Shown piece after piece: positions 18,582 through 28,103 of a stretch of 64,000 nucleotides of DNA. The stretch is taken from NCBI GenBank assembly GCA_047150005.1, contig AP038806.1, positions 3,424,001-3,488,000 of the forward strand, read 5' to 3'. The number at the start of each line of letters is the position of its first letter. Within the stretch, counting starts at the first letter, position 1. This stretch comes from Nitrospira sp. (GTDB lineage: Bacteria; Nitrospirota; Nitrospiria; Nitrospirales; Nitrospiraceae). Made by a program: the position numbers and the translations under genes. The notes beneath the pieces are model-generated. The model was given only the letters and a program-made list of their open reading frames with translations, was not told the origin of the DNA and searched no databases.

Positions 18582-21500
18582 CTATGACTCGCAGTCTGCC
18601 AGCCAGTCGAGGGGACTGGCACCATTCTCCGCGGTGCCTGTCCCCCTCAGATGCGCGATGACCCACTGAGAGGGGAGTCGGCGCAGCGAAATGAACGCCG
18701 TATCGTTGGAATCAGCGGAGAGTCCCGGTGCGAGAGCCTGCACCGATAGTCCGCCATCGGTGGTCGTATTGGCGAGCGGGCTCGTGAGCCACCCGCCTGG
18801 TTCGATGGGCAAGGTATCCCGGCCCGCCACGACGAAGCTGCTCACTTCCCCGCGCGCCATCGCCGCGCAGCGCTGGCTGAGTAACGCGGTGACTTGCAAC
18901 GGCGCCGCACCCAAGGGCTGAATCTTGCCGCCGGCCGGCGCAATCGGTGCCTGAATCGTGACCGTGCCCTGTTGGCCGAACTCAGAGGAGGCGCTCACAC
19001 GACTGGTGGAGTCCGGCAGAAACAACCCGCCGTTGGTGATCGTGACGTTGATGTTACCGCCTGGGCCCTGCACCGCCTCAGCGAGAATTTGACTGTTCTG
19101 CAGGATGACGAACTGCGGATCGATGTTCACACTCCCGCCGCCGCCGGTGCCGTCGAGAACCGACGCGCTGATCGTGCTGTTGGTCAGTTGAACGGTCCCA
19201 CTGGGATCCGTCGTGATCTTGATGATGCCGCCGCTGGATTGATTCGCTTCGGTCGTGACGGAACTGTTGGCCATCGTGAACTGATTGCCTGCGGTGATGT
19301 TGATATTGCCGGCAGGGCCTGAGCCGGTGCTGCTTGCCGAGACTGATGCACCGTCCGAAATGTTTACTGATTGGCCGGCTATAAGAGAGATGTTGCCGCC
19401 GGAGCCTGATCCTGGGTCTATGCCGACTGTGCGGCTAAAGACTCCACTTGGCGTTCCATCGGTCATCGTACCGGAAATTGTGATTGTGTTCGCAGCGTGA
19501 ACAGTAACGTTTCCTCCGATTCCACTATTAGTCGTATCACTATTGATCGTTCCTCCATTCCCGAGATTCAACGAGTTGCCAGAGATGGTTACGCTACCAG
19601 CGTTGCCGCAAGGTCCCGTGCACAACTCACTGCCGACGGTGCTCGTGTAGATCCCACTTGCACGGCGCTCAGGGAGCCCACCGAGAGGTCGTTCACCTAT
19701 AATTGACACCCCCTCTTTCGCCGTGATTGTGATTGCCCCGCCGTTGCCATTGGTCTGGGTGGTACTGTCGATTCGAGCACCGCCTGTGATGGTGAGAGAT
19801 CCGGCAGAAACATTAATGGCACCGGCATTGCCGTGAGTTCCCAGGCTCACATCACCTATAGAGTTGGTGAATAGGCCGCTGCGAGCGGGAATGATGGTGG
19901 GGTCGTCGAACGTATCAGCAAACGTAGCATTACCAGTGACGGAAAGTTTAATGAATCCTGCGTCCGCATCCCCGGAGGTTTGACTGAAAACGCGAGAGCC
20001 ATTCCTGAACTCAGCGTTCTCTGCCGTAATTGTTATGCCTCCGCCAGTACCCGACGCAGTTTGATTGAAAATAATAGATCCATCCTTCAGTGCGAAGTTT
20101 CTCGCATTGATCGTCACAGTGCTTTCCCCAAGCAGACTCAAGGGGCCAATTTGACTTCCATTCACTATGGAAATGTTGCGTCCGTCTATGAGGACATTTC
20201 CTCCTCGGGCGTTGAGCGAATCAGTTGCGATCGACACAAGCTCAAACGTCATGTCCCCACCCGTGAAGGTGACATGACCGCCAGATCCAAGGCCGCCGAG
20301 AATGGCATCGCCTGTGTCGATGCGAGCTTCTTTCAAATGCATGCTATCGGCGTGGATAGTGACGTGCCCCCCGTTTCCTTCCCCGGCAGTTCCGCTCATG
20401 ACGAAGAAGTCGAACCCCCCAGGATTTCCGGTAAACGTGAGCTTTCCTGTGTTCAGGGTTATGTCGCCGCCGTTGCCTGATCCTTCAGTGTGAGTATCAA
20501 TAAGCGCAACGACCTCCGGAAGGGTCGACACTGCACTTATCCCAGGGGAACTCACCGTGATACTTCCGGCATTCCCGCTTCCGAACGATCGCGCCGTGAG
20601 AGCAGGCACTGTATCGCTTGAGATCGAGAGAGTCCCGCTCAGCTCAATATCAATAGCCGGTTGAGCAGCATCAAGGCTTCCCGTATCTGCATTGAGCGAC
20701 GAATTGATAAGTTCAAACTGTCCGCCTCGAATCCGAATGGAACCGGCCGATTCGGCCGAAACGTCTAACGACGATCCTTCGGACATGCTAATGAGCCCCA
20801 ATGCCATCGACGATGCCGGCTGGTAATTTGCGGTCGCGACCTCACCTGGTCCGGCAACGCTGACGAGGTTGATTTGTCCCCCCGGAGCAGCCAGCTTAGC
20901 CGGCTGAACGGTTTGATCCGCAAGCGTGCCTGATTTGATCGTTATGTCGCCCCCAACCAATGAGATACCTGTGCCTTCTGCTACTGTAAGGTGACTGCCT
21001 TCAATCAGGATCGCCGCGGGCTTCGAACCGAGGAATCCGAACGAGGCAACAGGCGCGGCGCTTAATAGCGCGTCAGCCGCAGCATTGGGAGAGGCGTTGA
21101 AAATTGTCCCATCGCTAAGTTTCAGATAATCCGCGGTCGTAAACGTCGCCATGCCGCCGATGTTCAGAGTGGCGGCTGGGCCGAAGATGACTCCCGCAGG
21201 GTTCATGAGGAAGAGGTTGGCGTTGGGATAGTAGGTCGCGCTGTTGATGGTTCCGAAGATGCTCGAAACACTTCCACCGGTGACCCGGCTGAGCACGTTG
21301 CCAACTGTCTGGTCAGCTATCAAATTTACGGTTTGAAACTGGGCCGTTTCCAGCGCACTAATACTAAACGTATCGAAGCTGTGAAAAAGGTTTGGTCCGG
21401 CTTTCGTGCCCTGAGTTATTTGATAGACGTTCCCCACCTTGCTGACCTGCGTATTGAGGCTGCCGGCGCCAGGCGTCGGAGCGACCTGCGCCATGGCTGG

Positions 21501-21608
21501 CAGAACGATTGCCAATGTCAGAAACAGGGGTCCGGTTACTTGCATCGTCGTGGCGTGATAAAGGTGCAAATCAACTCTGGCATGGGGCAGCGAGAAGTGG
21601 ATGGTCAT
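18582..21608 (-). CDS. Filamentous hemagglutinin / TpsA-like protein 4
   Basis: Signal peptide (AMA-Q), TPS domain, conserved C-terminal domain; start codon uncertain. Confidence 0.88.
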   Translation of the reverse strand: MTIHFSLPHARVDLHLYHATTMQVTGPLFLTLAIVLPAMAQVAPTPGAGSLNTQVSKVGNVYQITQGTKAGPNLFHSFDTFSISALETAQFQTVNLIADQTVGNVLSRVTGGSVSSIFGTINSATYYPNANLFLMNPAGVIFGPAATLNIGGMATFTTADYLKLSDGTIFNASPNAAADALLSAAPVASFGFLGSKPAAILIEGSHLTVAEGTGISLVGGDITIKSGTLADQTVQPAKLAAPGGQINLVSVAGPGEVATANYQPASSMALGLISMSEGSSLDVSAESAGSIRIRGGQFELINSSLNADTGSLDAAQPAIDIELSGTLSISSDTVPALTARSFGSGNAGSITVSSPGISAVSTLPEVVALIDTHTEGSGNGGDITLNTGKLTFTGNPGGFDFFVMSGTAGEGNGGHVTIHADSMHLKEARIDTGDAILGGLGSGGHVTFTGGDMTFELVSIATDSLNARGGNVLIDGRNISIVNGSQIGPLSLLGESTVTINARNFALKDGSIIFNQTASGTGGGITITAENAEFRNGSRVFSQTSGDADAGFIKLSVTGNATFADTFDDPTIIPARSGLFTNSIGDVSLGTHGNAGAINVSAGSLTITGGARIDSTTQTNGNGGAITITAKEGVSIIGERPLGGLPERRASGIYTSTVGSELCTGPCGNAGSVTISGNSLNLGNGGTINSDTTNSGIGGNVTVHAANTITISGTMTDGTPSGVFSRTVGIDPGSGSGGNISLIAGQSVNISDGASVSASSTGSGPAGNINITAGNQFTMANSSVTTEANQSSGGIIKITTDPSGTVQLTNSTISASVLDGTGGGGSVNIDPQFVILQNSQILAEAVQGPGGNINVTITNGGLFLPDSTSRVSASSEFGQQGTVTIQAPIAPAGGKIQPLGAAPLQVTALLSQRCAAMARGEVSSFVVAGRDTLPIEPGGWLTSPLANTTTDGGLSVQALAPGLSADSNDTAFISLRRLPSQWVIAHLRGTGTAENGASPLDWLADCES

Positions 21609-21882
21609 CGGTTCCCCGGTTACACAAGCCACACGTTCGCAATAATACGCCTGATAACTGTGAGATCCCCAATCGTCATCGGTGCTGCCTTGAATGACCG
21701 AAGACACATCGCCACGTTCTGCACCTGTTCGGCGCATCAGCCGGGCAAGAATCTGTGGCACGCATGAGGTGAAGCAACCGTCTCAAACGATAAATTGAAT
21801 CGATTATGGGAAAGTCATTCCGCATCAGGGAGCACATGTCGAAACCGTTGGGCAATGCTTCATTCCCCCTCGATGAGGTTTG

Positions 21883-22320
21883 TTACGGATAAGCATTTGC
21901 ACAATCGCATCTGCAATTACCGTCTCTGCTACCCGGACTGACCGGAGATATCCACCAGGTCTTGCATGGAGGCCCTCCAAGCGTACAAGTTCCAGAAGGA
22001 GATTTGCATCTTGTATTGCCTGTTCCGGCCACGCACCGGTAGGGTGGACTCTGACCAGTTGGAACTTGCGTGCCATTGGTGAAATAGGTGTTCGCATCCG
22101 TGTTCCAAGGACTCACAATCGTTTGCTTTAGACAAGCTGTAGGTTCATCCTCTTGTCCTCCGCCCTCTCCACCTCCGCCAGACTTTGGTGGGCAGGTCAT
22201 CTGCACATTGACCGATACCTCGACGAATCCCCTATGACAACCTTGCAAGAAGGCCACAAGAACCAGGCCACTGAGCAATGCGCCTTTCTGCCAGCAACAA
22301 TTGGCTTCAAATGCTCGCAT
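21883..22320 (-). CDS. Cys-rich lipoprotein B
   Basis: GGAGG RBS, LQGC lipobox, 9 further Cys, GNCRCDC near the C-terminus. Confidence 0.8.
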   Translation of the reverse strand: MRAFEANCCWQKGALLSGLVLVAFLQGCHRGFVEVSVNVQMTCPPKSGGGGEGGGQEDEPTACLKQTIVSPWNTDANTYFTNGTQVPTGQSPPYRCVAGTGNTRCKSPSGTCTLGGPPCKTWWISPVSPGSRDGNCRCDCANAYP

Positions 22321-22356
22321 CAAATCCTCCCTGGGTAGAGCACCCTGATCGCCGTG

Positions 22357-23076
22357 TTATCGAGGCATTTGCTCCGCAAAGATCTGCGCCGCATCCGGCT
22401 GAAGACGTTTAAAGACCAGTAGAGCAGGTTCCTCAGTTCCCGCTACTATCACGATATTGTGCACTCGATCATCAACCACATGCTTAAGTTTGAACTCGCT
22501 TCCTGCAATGGTTCCCAAAAAATACTTGTCGAGAGCGGGCACCTCGACGATGAAATAGGTTGGTGGGAGTCCGAATTGCGCGAGTGGCTGAGATTTTTCA
22601 GGAGAACCAAGCTGTAACATTCGCCACCGATGGTCGGTCATCTTCATTCCCACCAGCACGGACGCTCTGACTACGGTTCCTGAGCGAATAGGGAAAAGAA
22701 ATTGCGCGGGAACCGGTATGGACCATCTGAGAAAGTTTGTCTTCTCCAGGAGAAGTGAGATCGCATGGTGTTGCTGCCAATTGAAATCCTTTAGGCGCTC
22801 AAGGCTTATCTGAAAAACTGGATAAGGGGCAGCCACATTGATGTTTGGTATTTGAGGTATGGAGAAATCGCTTGCCCCGTTAAACCCAAGCTTCTTCGCG
22901 AAGCCATCGTGGTTTCCGACCAACCGGGGTAGGAGTTGTGTCGCAGCACCTGAAGCCACGGCGGCGGCTGTGGGCGGAGCACTAAATTCCCAGCTTGCAA
23001 AGTCTCCGATCTCGAATGCTTCTAGTCTGCTGCTACAGAAAGCGAATGCGGCGACTAGACAGATTACAATTCGCAC
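22357..23076 (-). CDS. Secreted protease-partner protein, paralog of 6399..7136
   Basis: GAGGTG RBS, GTG start, signal peptide, shared motifs. Confidence 0.78.
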   Translation of the reverse strand: MRIVICLVAAFAFCSSRLEAFEIGDFASWEFSAPPTAAAVASGAATQLLPRLVGNHDGFAKKLGFNGASDFSIPQIPNINVAAPYPVFQISLERLKDFNWQQHHAISLLLEKTNFLRWSIPVPAQFLFPIRSGTVVRASVLVGMKMTDHRWRMLQLGSPEKSQPLAQFGLPPTYFIVEVPALDKYFLGTIAGSEFKLKHVVDDRVHNIVIVAGTEEPALLVFKRLQPDAAQIFAEQMPR

Positions 23077-23086
23077 AGTGGGCACC

Positions 23087-23857
23087 TCACGGTCGCATAA
23101 TGAAGTAGTCGAATTCATGAGCAAACTTGCTTGGAATCCCGTTGTAGAAGTCGGTGAAGGGCATGATGTAGAAATCTTGCTGGCCAGGATCATAGACGTG
23201 CACAAACTCGCCTGAATTTGGTGAATTGCTATAACCTCCTATCGTGACGGCATGGCGACCGCCTCCGACCCACCTCACAACGACGATATACGGAAGTTCT
23301 TGGTCGATCTGCCAAGTCAAATCGTTCCATCCTTGAAGTTCATCAAAAGGGGGGTCATAGGAAACCTTGAGGAATTTGATGTCGGCTTTACTCAAGACGT
23401 CATCCGGCCATAGGCCGCGGTCACAATAATCCCTGGCTTCGGGTGCACCGAGTTCATTCATCGGTACGGTTCGGCGAGCTAGGCAGCAGTCAATTTGTTC
23501 CCCCGAACTCGCGCTTCCGCCCTGCGGATCGTCTTTGAAAACCTGACTCACGAGGTTGCATTGATCCTTTGGATCATGGAGAAGTTTGCGGATGAATTCG
23601 TTTACGGTTTGTGCGCTTCCGGCCCAACACCATGAGCCGGTCTCCTGTCGATGATTGGTCATGACGAGATCCCGACGCATTCCACTGCCTTCTTCGTTGA
23701 ATGCCTGGCCAGGGCTATCGGGATCTTGATCGACAATGAGTTCCTCTCCGCCGCGTGGACCTATGCCGTCTTCAACTGGTAAATTGTGATCGCTCAGATC
23801 TAAACTTATGTGCACGCATGACGACATACACAGTCCGATAAGAGCCACAAAAGGCAC
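23087..23857 (-). CDS. Papain-like cysteine protease (C39/C70-like), separated from its original start at 24153 by a MITE
   Basis: QETGSWCWAG, GGGRHAVTIGGY, VYDP. Confidence 0.8.
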   Translation of the reverse strand: MPFVALIGLCMSSCVHISLDLSDHNLPVEDGIGPRGGEELIVDQDPDSPGQAFNEEGSGMRRDLVMTNHRQETGSWCWAGSAQTVNEFIRKLLHDPKDQCNLVSQVFKDDPQGGSASSGEQIDCCLARRTVPMNELGAPEARDYCDRGLWPDDVLSKADIKFLKVSYDPPFDELQGWNDLTWQIDQELPYIVVVRWVGGGRHAVTIGGYSNSPNSGEFVHVYDPGQQDFYIMPFTDFYNGIPSKFAHEFDYFIMRP

Positions 23858-23880
23858 TTGTCCGAAGCGCGATGATGAGA

Positions 23881-24048
23881 CTAGAACCTATCTCAAAATT
23901 GAAAAACCGGCATCCTGAGAAATGCCGCACGTGCACGTCCAGGATGTGAACCGTGGTATTTCCAAGAAATTCCGCACATTGCTCATGCCGCACACCGGTA
24001 GTGAGTAGCGGTTCCCTCCTCGATAAACGATTTCGAGATAGGTTCTAG
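23881..24048. mobile_element. Non-autonomous IS5-derived MITE in a CTAG target
   Basis: Ends ctagaacctatctc...gagataggttctag match the IS5 at 38174..39013; no transposase. Confidence 0.88.
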
Positions 24049-24153
24049 TGAAAACGATGTCAGGAACCGTTTCCAATGCACCAAAACGGGCGACGGGACT
24101 GATTGCTGAGCAGGGGGTGAGGGGCGACTATTCCGGTGAAGGTGAAGCGTCAT
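24049..24153 (-). pseudogene. Detached 5' part of the protease gene (MTLHLHRNSRPSPPAQQSVPSPVLVHWKRFLTSFS)
   Basis: Removing the MITE joins it in frame to 23857. Confidence 0.7.
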
Positions 24154-24192
24154 GAAGTGGTGTCCCGTTTCGCGTTAGTGCTAATCAGCGCC

Positions 24193-24236
24193 TAGCTATG
24201 CCTTTCGTGAGAAATGCTCAATAACCCTTTCGGCTA
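24193..24236 (-). promoter_or_regulatory. Module promoter, copy 2
   Basis: TAACCCTTTCGGCTA plus TTGAGC-17-TAGCTA. Confidence 0.55.
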
Positions 24237-24432
24237 GGGTCGATGGCGTCTGCTACTTGAACTCAAGATGTAGCTGCGATCTTCGATCGGACCCCCATAT
24301 CTGGCAAAGGCCGTATTGTCTGGTTCGTCGTGTGAAATTGGATTCAAACGAACAACGTCCGCTCCATCATCATACGGACTGGCTCCACAAACCCGGCGGC
24401 ATCTGCTATCGTAGGAGCACTGGAGGTGCTGG

Positions 24433-24651
24433 ATGAAAACGTTCACCGCATATGTGGAGTGGGACCCCGACACGAAGCTATATGTCGGCTTCGTGCCTGG
24501 TATCGCTGGTGCGCATACGCAGGGAAGCAGCTTGGATGAACTGCAAAAGAATCTGAAGGAAGTCTTGCAATTATGCATTGAAGAGTCTGAGAAGGCCGGC
24601 GAGGACCTCCCTCGATTTGTCGGACTGCAGCAGATTGAGGTAGCCGGGTGA
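24433..24651 (+). CDS. hicB: HicB-family antitoxin
   Basis: YVGFVPGIAGAHTQGSSLDELQKNLKEVL; GGAGG RBS. Confidence 0.9.
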   Translation: MKTFTAYVEWDPDTKLYVGFVPGIAGAHTQGSSLDELQKNLKEVLQLCIEESEKAGEDLPRFVGLQQIEVAG

Positions 24652-24668
24652 GCCGGCTCCCGATCGTC
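24648..24668 (+). pseudogene. hicA: hicA stub (MSRLPIV)
   Basis: GTGA overlap with hicB and a HicA-like start, cut off by a repeat-end sequence (tttcaacatcctgctag). Confidence 0.5.
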
Positions 24669-24681
24669 TTTCAACATCCTG

Positions 24682-24768
24682 CTAGTCCTGCCAGATGATC
24701 TCGACGACGATGTAGACCAGCGCTGCCATCAGAGCGTTGACGAGGAACAAGCTCATTCCGATGTCCAT
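24682..24768 (-). CDS. 28-aa TM peptide, copy 2 (MDIGMSLFLVNALMAALVYIVVEIIWQD)
   Basis: RBS; paralog family. Confidence 0.7.
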   Translation of the reverse strand: MDIGMSLFLVNALMAALVYIVVEIIWQD

Positions 24769-25029
24769 GGTCGCCTCGCTGACGATTCGGTTCACTGCTG
24801 CCATCGCGAGGTTGCAATGGGTAGGCCAATGCGAGTGTTGGCGCGAGTCAGCGGCAGGTGAAGCGTGAGATCGCAGTGTGGACAAGGAGATCTGCCCATG
24901 CGGGGATTCAGAGCATGGCGACAGAAGGATCTAGCGTGATCAGGCCGAAAGGACCTAAAAGCATTCGCGATGGATCGAAAGTGATTCAGGTCGCGTTTCC
25001 TCCGATTCAGGCGCTGCAGCAAGGTTGGC

Positions 25030-25115
25030 TCGAAGCTGCGCGACTGTGGTCTGAGAGGGGAGCTCGCGCAGCGGACGGCGCCAGCGTCGATGCTGTCCCC
25101 GTTAGGCAGTCAACA
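25030..25115 (-). pseudogene. Degenerate TpsA tail remnant split by IS3; continues at about 26325..26350
   Basis: LRELPSQTTVAQLR resembles LRRLPSQWVIAHLR. Beyond the IS, caggc..ctcgcaccaggg resembles the QALAPG codons of TpsA2/4. Confidence 0.55.
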
Positions 25116-25192
25116 TGTAAGCTCCCCCAAATGTGAGACAGGTCAAAGGGAGAATCTTCTGGCACAATAGCCACCCTAGCCAGGAGGTTCTT

Positions 25193-25459
25193 ATGCGCCA
25201 GTCGAAGTTCACTGAAACGCAGATCGTCGCCATCCTCAAAGAGGCCGATGCCGGTCGCCCGGTCAATGAGATCTGGCGGCACTACGGCATTAGCTCGGCG
25301 ACGTACTACAAGTGGAAAGCCAAGTACGGCGGCCTGGAGGCCTCTGACGTGAAGCGGCTGAAGGAATTGGAACACGAAAACAGTCGGCTCAAACGCATGT
25401 ATGCGGATCTCTCGCTGGAGAACGCGGCGTTGAAGGATGTCATCGCAAAAAAACTCTAA
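25193..25459 (+). CDS. IS3 OrfA
   Basis: MRQSKFTETQIVAILKE...YGGLEASDVKRLKELE; ends in an A7 slippery run. Confidence 0.92.
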   Translation: MRQSKFTETQIVAILKEADAGRPVNEIWRHYGISSATYYKWKAKYGGLEASDVKRLKELEHENSRLKRMYADLSLENAALKDVIAKKL

Positions 25460-25482
25460 GGCCTGCTGAACGCCGGGAACTT

Positions 25483-26310
25483 GTGACGCACCTGGTCACG
25501 GTCACCGGACTCCCGGTTCAGCGGGCCTGTCGGGCCGTCGGGATGGGACGAGCCACCTACTATCGGCCCCGGATTGATTGGGCGCGGCGCGATGCGCCGG
25601 TCATTGCGGCGCTCACGACCCTGGTGGCCGCGAAGAGCCGGTGGGGGTTCTGGAAGTATTATGACCGGCTGCGGCTCGATGGCCATCCCTGGAATCAGAA
25701 GCGGCTGTGGCGAGTCTACTGCCAGTTGCGGCTGAATCTCCCGCGGCGGACCAAGAAGCGGTTGCCTCTTCGGCTGCGCCAGCCGCTCGTGGTGGTGCCG
25801 CAGCCGAATGCCGTGTGGGCCGTGGACTTCATGAGCGACACGTTGTACGGCGGCCGACGGTTTCGGACCTTCAATATTCTGGATGAAGGGGTGCGAGAAG
25901 GCCTGGCCATCGAGATCGACACGTCGCTCCCGGCCGAGCGGATGATTCGGGTGCTGGAGCAGGTCGTGGCCTGGCGCGGACGCCCGCAGGCCCTTCGGCT
26001 CGACAACGGGCCTGAACTGCTCGCCGACCGCTTCATCACCTGGTGTGCAGAGCGCGGGATCGAGCTGCGCTACATCCAACCGGGGAAACCGGATCAGAAT
26101 GCGTTCATCGAGCGGTTCAATCGGACCTATCGGACGGAGGTCCTGAATGCCTATGTGTTCGCATCGCTCGACCAGGTGCGGGAGATCAGTGCGCAATGGT
26201 TACAGAGTTACAACGAGGAGCGGCCCCATGATGCGTTAGCCGGGCTCCCGCCCGCCACGTATCGGGCTCAACTGACAGCCGGAAATTCTCCCTTGCCAGT
26301 GTCTCGTTGA
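25483..26310 (+). CDS. IS3 OrfB, DDE transposase (joined by -1 frameshift)
   Basis: WAVDF, DNGPE, PGKPDQNAFIERFN. Confidence 0.92.
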   Translation: MTHLVTVTGLPVQRACRAVGMGRATYYRPRIDWARRDAPVIAALTTLVAAKSRWGFWKYYDRLRLDGHPWNQKRLWRVYCQLRLNLPRRTKKRLPLRLRQPLVVVPQPNAVWAVDFMSDTLYGGRRFRTFNILDEGVREGLAIEIDTSLPAERMIRVLEQVVAWRGRPQALRLDNGPELLADRFITWCAERGIELRYIQPGKPDQNAFIERFNRTYRTEVLNAYVFASLDQVREISAQWLQSYNEERPHDALAGLPPATYRAQLTAGNSPLPVSR

Positions 26311-26407
26311 CGGGGGAGCTTACAAACACCCTGGTGCGAGTCGCCTGCGCGTTTGCTACATTGGACGCATCACAGTGATGCGAAAAGCGACGCACGGGGG
26401 AGTCATC

Positions 26408-26665
26408 ATGAAAGCCATCACGCTACGAAATATCCCGCCTGATCTGGATAAAGCCATCCGCAAGCGCGCACGAGACAAGCGGGTGAGCGTGAATAAGGCC
26501 GTCCTGGGTCTGCTTGAAGAACATCTGAGTTCTGGAAAAAACACGCGACGTGAGCTTCACCATGATCTGGACTCCCTGTGTGGGTCATGGCCTGAGGAGA
26601 TGGCCGAGACGTTCGATAAGGCGCTCGCGGAGCAGCGCTCGATCGATCCGGACATCTGGAAGTAA
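26408..26665 (+). CDS. FitA/RHH-like antitoxin
   Basis: MKAITLRNIPPDLDKAIRKRA...SVNKAVL; directly upstream of a PIN gene. Confidence 0.8.
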   Translation: MKAITLRNIPPDLDKAIRKRARDKRVSVNKAVLGLLEEHLSSGKNTRRELHHDLDSLCGSWPEEMAETFDKALAEQRSIDPDIWK

Positions 26666-27010
26666 TGCGGCTCCTGCTGGATACCTCCGCCTACTCCTGG
26701 TTCATGCGCGGCCACCAGGAAGTGAGCAAAGTCCTTCAATCCGCCGATTCGGTTGCCGTCAATCCAAAACAAAACAACCCTCGCGGAATTTCTTGCTTCG
26801 CCCCGTGTTCACGTCGTCCCCATCGATGAGGACACCGCGGAATGGTACGCGGTAATACTCCACGGACTGAAGAAGATCGGTACGCCAATCCCGACCAACG
26901 CTCTTTGGATCGCGGCGAGTGCCATGCAGCACGGCTTGACGATCCTGACAACCGATGCTCATTTCAAGCATGTGATTCAAGTGCTCGTTCACCACGTCAC
27001 GATTCCGTAA
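26665..27010 (+). pseudogene. vapC: vapC PIN toxin with internal deletion and frameshift
   Basis: MRLLLDTSAYS...AVNP in one frame and IPTNALWIAASA..TTDAHF in another; the conserved Glu helix is missing. Confidence 0.8.
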
Positions 27011-27103
27011 AAGCACAGTTCGGCGGACTGCATCCCTGTGGGGTTTGTCGTCAGGGCCTTCCAAATCTACCAGCGCCTGTCTCCGTTCATCTCGCTCAGA
27101 TCC

Positions 27104-27309
27104 CTACGAGGTTTCGCAGCCCGAGATCCAATCTTCTTCTGAAAGCATCTGCGCCACCTTGCTCGGGGAGGGGAGCCGGCGCAGGGAGAGGATCGTTGGC
27201 TCAGAAGATTCCGAGGAGGACGTTCGATCTCCGGCGTGCACTGCGGCCCCTGCTTCGGGTGGTCCCAAAGCCAACGGGCTAGGTAGCCATCCACCCGGCT
27301 CGGTGGGTA
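27104..27309 (-). pseudogene. Orphan TpsA 3' tail, chimera of the TpsA5 and TpsA3 tails
   Basis: PTEPGGWLPSPL...PTILSLRRLPSPSKVAQ equals the 28104 gene; DWISGCETS* equals the 14422 gene. Confidence 0.9.
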
Positions 27310-27462
27310 TTGGTGACTTTGGAAATACGTGCATTCTTGGAAGGACAAGGGATCCCCATATTGCTTACTCCCTGATTGAGCATGCTCATCCCGTTTGTTC
27401 GTGGAGACGCATTTGATCTTTGGCTGGGACACAGGTACGATGAGACCGGTGCGGAGTCGTAC

Positions 27463-27669
27463 ATGACCAAGGCATTTGAGCAAACGATCTTGGAAAAGCT
27501 CCGGAGCCTGCCTCCGGAACGACTTGCCGAGGTCGAAGATTTTGTCGACTTTCTGGCTCACCGTCAGGCAGACGAGCATGGCCTCACTCATGCCGCAGGC
27601 CGCCTTGCCGTAGCTGCATTCACTCAAGTCTGGGACAACCCCGCTGACGCCGATTATGACCGGCTATGA
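27463..27669 (+). CDS. DUF2281-like antitoxin
   Basis: LEKLRSLPPERLAEVEDFVDFL...VWDNPADADYD; overlaps mazF. Confidence 0.8.
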   Translation: MTKAFEQTILEKLRSLPPERLAEVEDFVDFLAHRQADEHGLTHAAGRLAVAAFTQVWDNPADADYDRL

Positions 27670-27994
27670 GTTCGGGGATCTTGTCCTCGTTCCCTTTCCT
27701 TTCACGGACCAGTCAACCGTTAAGCGCCGCCCTGCTGTCGTCATCAGTAGCGCAGCCTATCATCGAGGCCGTCCGGATATCCTAATCATGGCCGTCACCA
27801 GTCAACAGCTATCGACTCTCTCCGTGGGCGAAGTTCAGGTCCAGGAATGGCAGCGCGCGGGCCTGCTGAAACCATCCGTGTTGAAACCAGTCCTCACCAC
27901 TGTCGATCCCGCGCTGGTTCTCAAGAAACTGGGTCGCCTTACGGCGACCGATCAAGCTACCCTACGACAGGCTCTCGCTACTATCATCGGATAG
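27656..27994 (+). CDS. mazF: PemK/MazF-family toxin
   Basis: GDLVLVPFPFTD..KRRPAVVIS...AVTS...GLLKPS. Confidence 0.92.
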   Translation: MTGYEFGDLVLVPFPFTDQSTVKRRPAVVISSAAYHRGRPDILIMAVTSQQLSTLSVGEVQVQEWQRAGLLKPSVLKPVLTTVDPALVLKKLGRLTATDQATLRQALATIIG

Positions 27995-28103
27995 CTCTCT
28001 TGCGTCTCAAAGGCGGAACACCCGAGCGCGCGTCGGCGTGCGCTGAAGGATTGAGAGCGATATAAGCGTACCGACACCAACTCCGAGTGGAACGCGGCCT
28101 CAG

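Larger units (their letters stand above)
24085..24996. repeat. About 910-bp near-identical duplication of 35072..35983 (promoter, hicB, peptide gene and leader)
   Basis: Constant offset of 10987 nt; identical HicB and peptide translations. Confidence 0.95.
25116..26324 (+). mobile_element. IS3-family element (IS407-group-like)
   Basis: IRs tgtaagctccccc / gggggagcttaca; 4-bp TSD AACA. Confidence 0.95.

Noticed and set aside
24234..24677. 147-aa minus-strand ORF, duplicated at 35221
   Set aside because: Antisense to hicB; conserved only because of the recent duplication.
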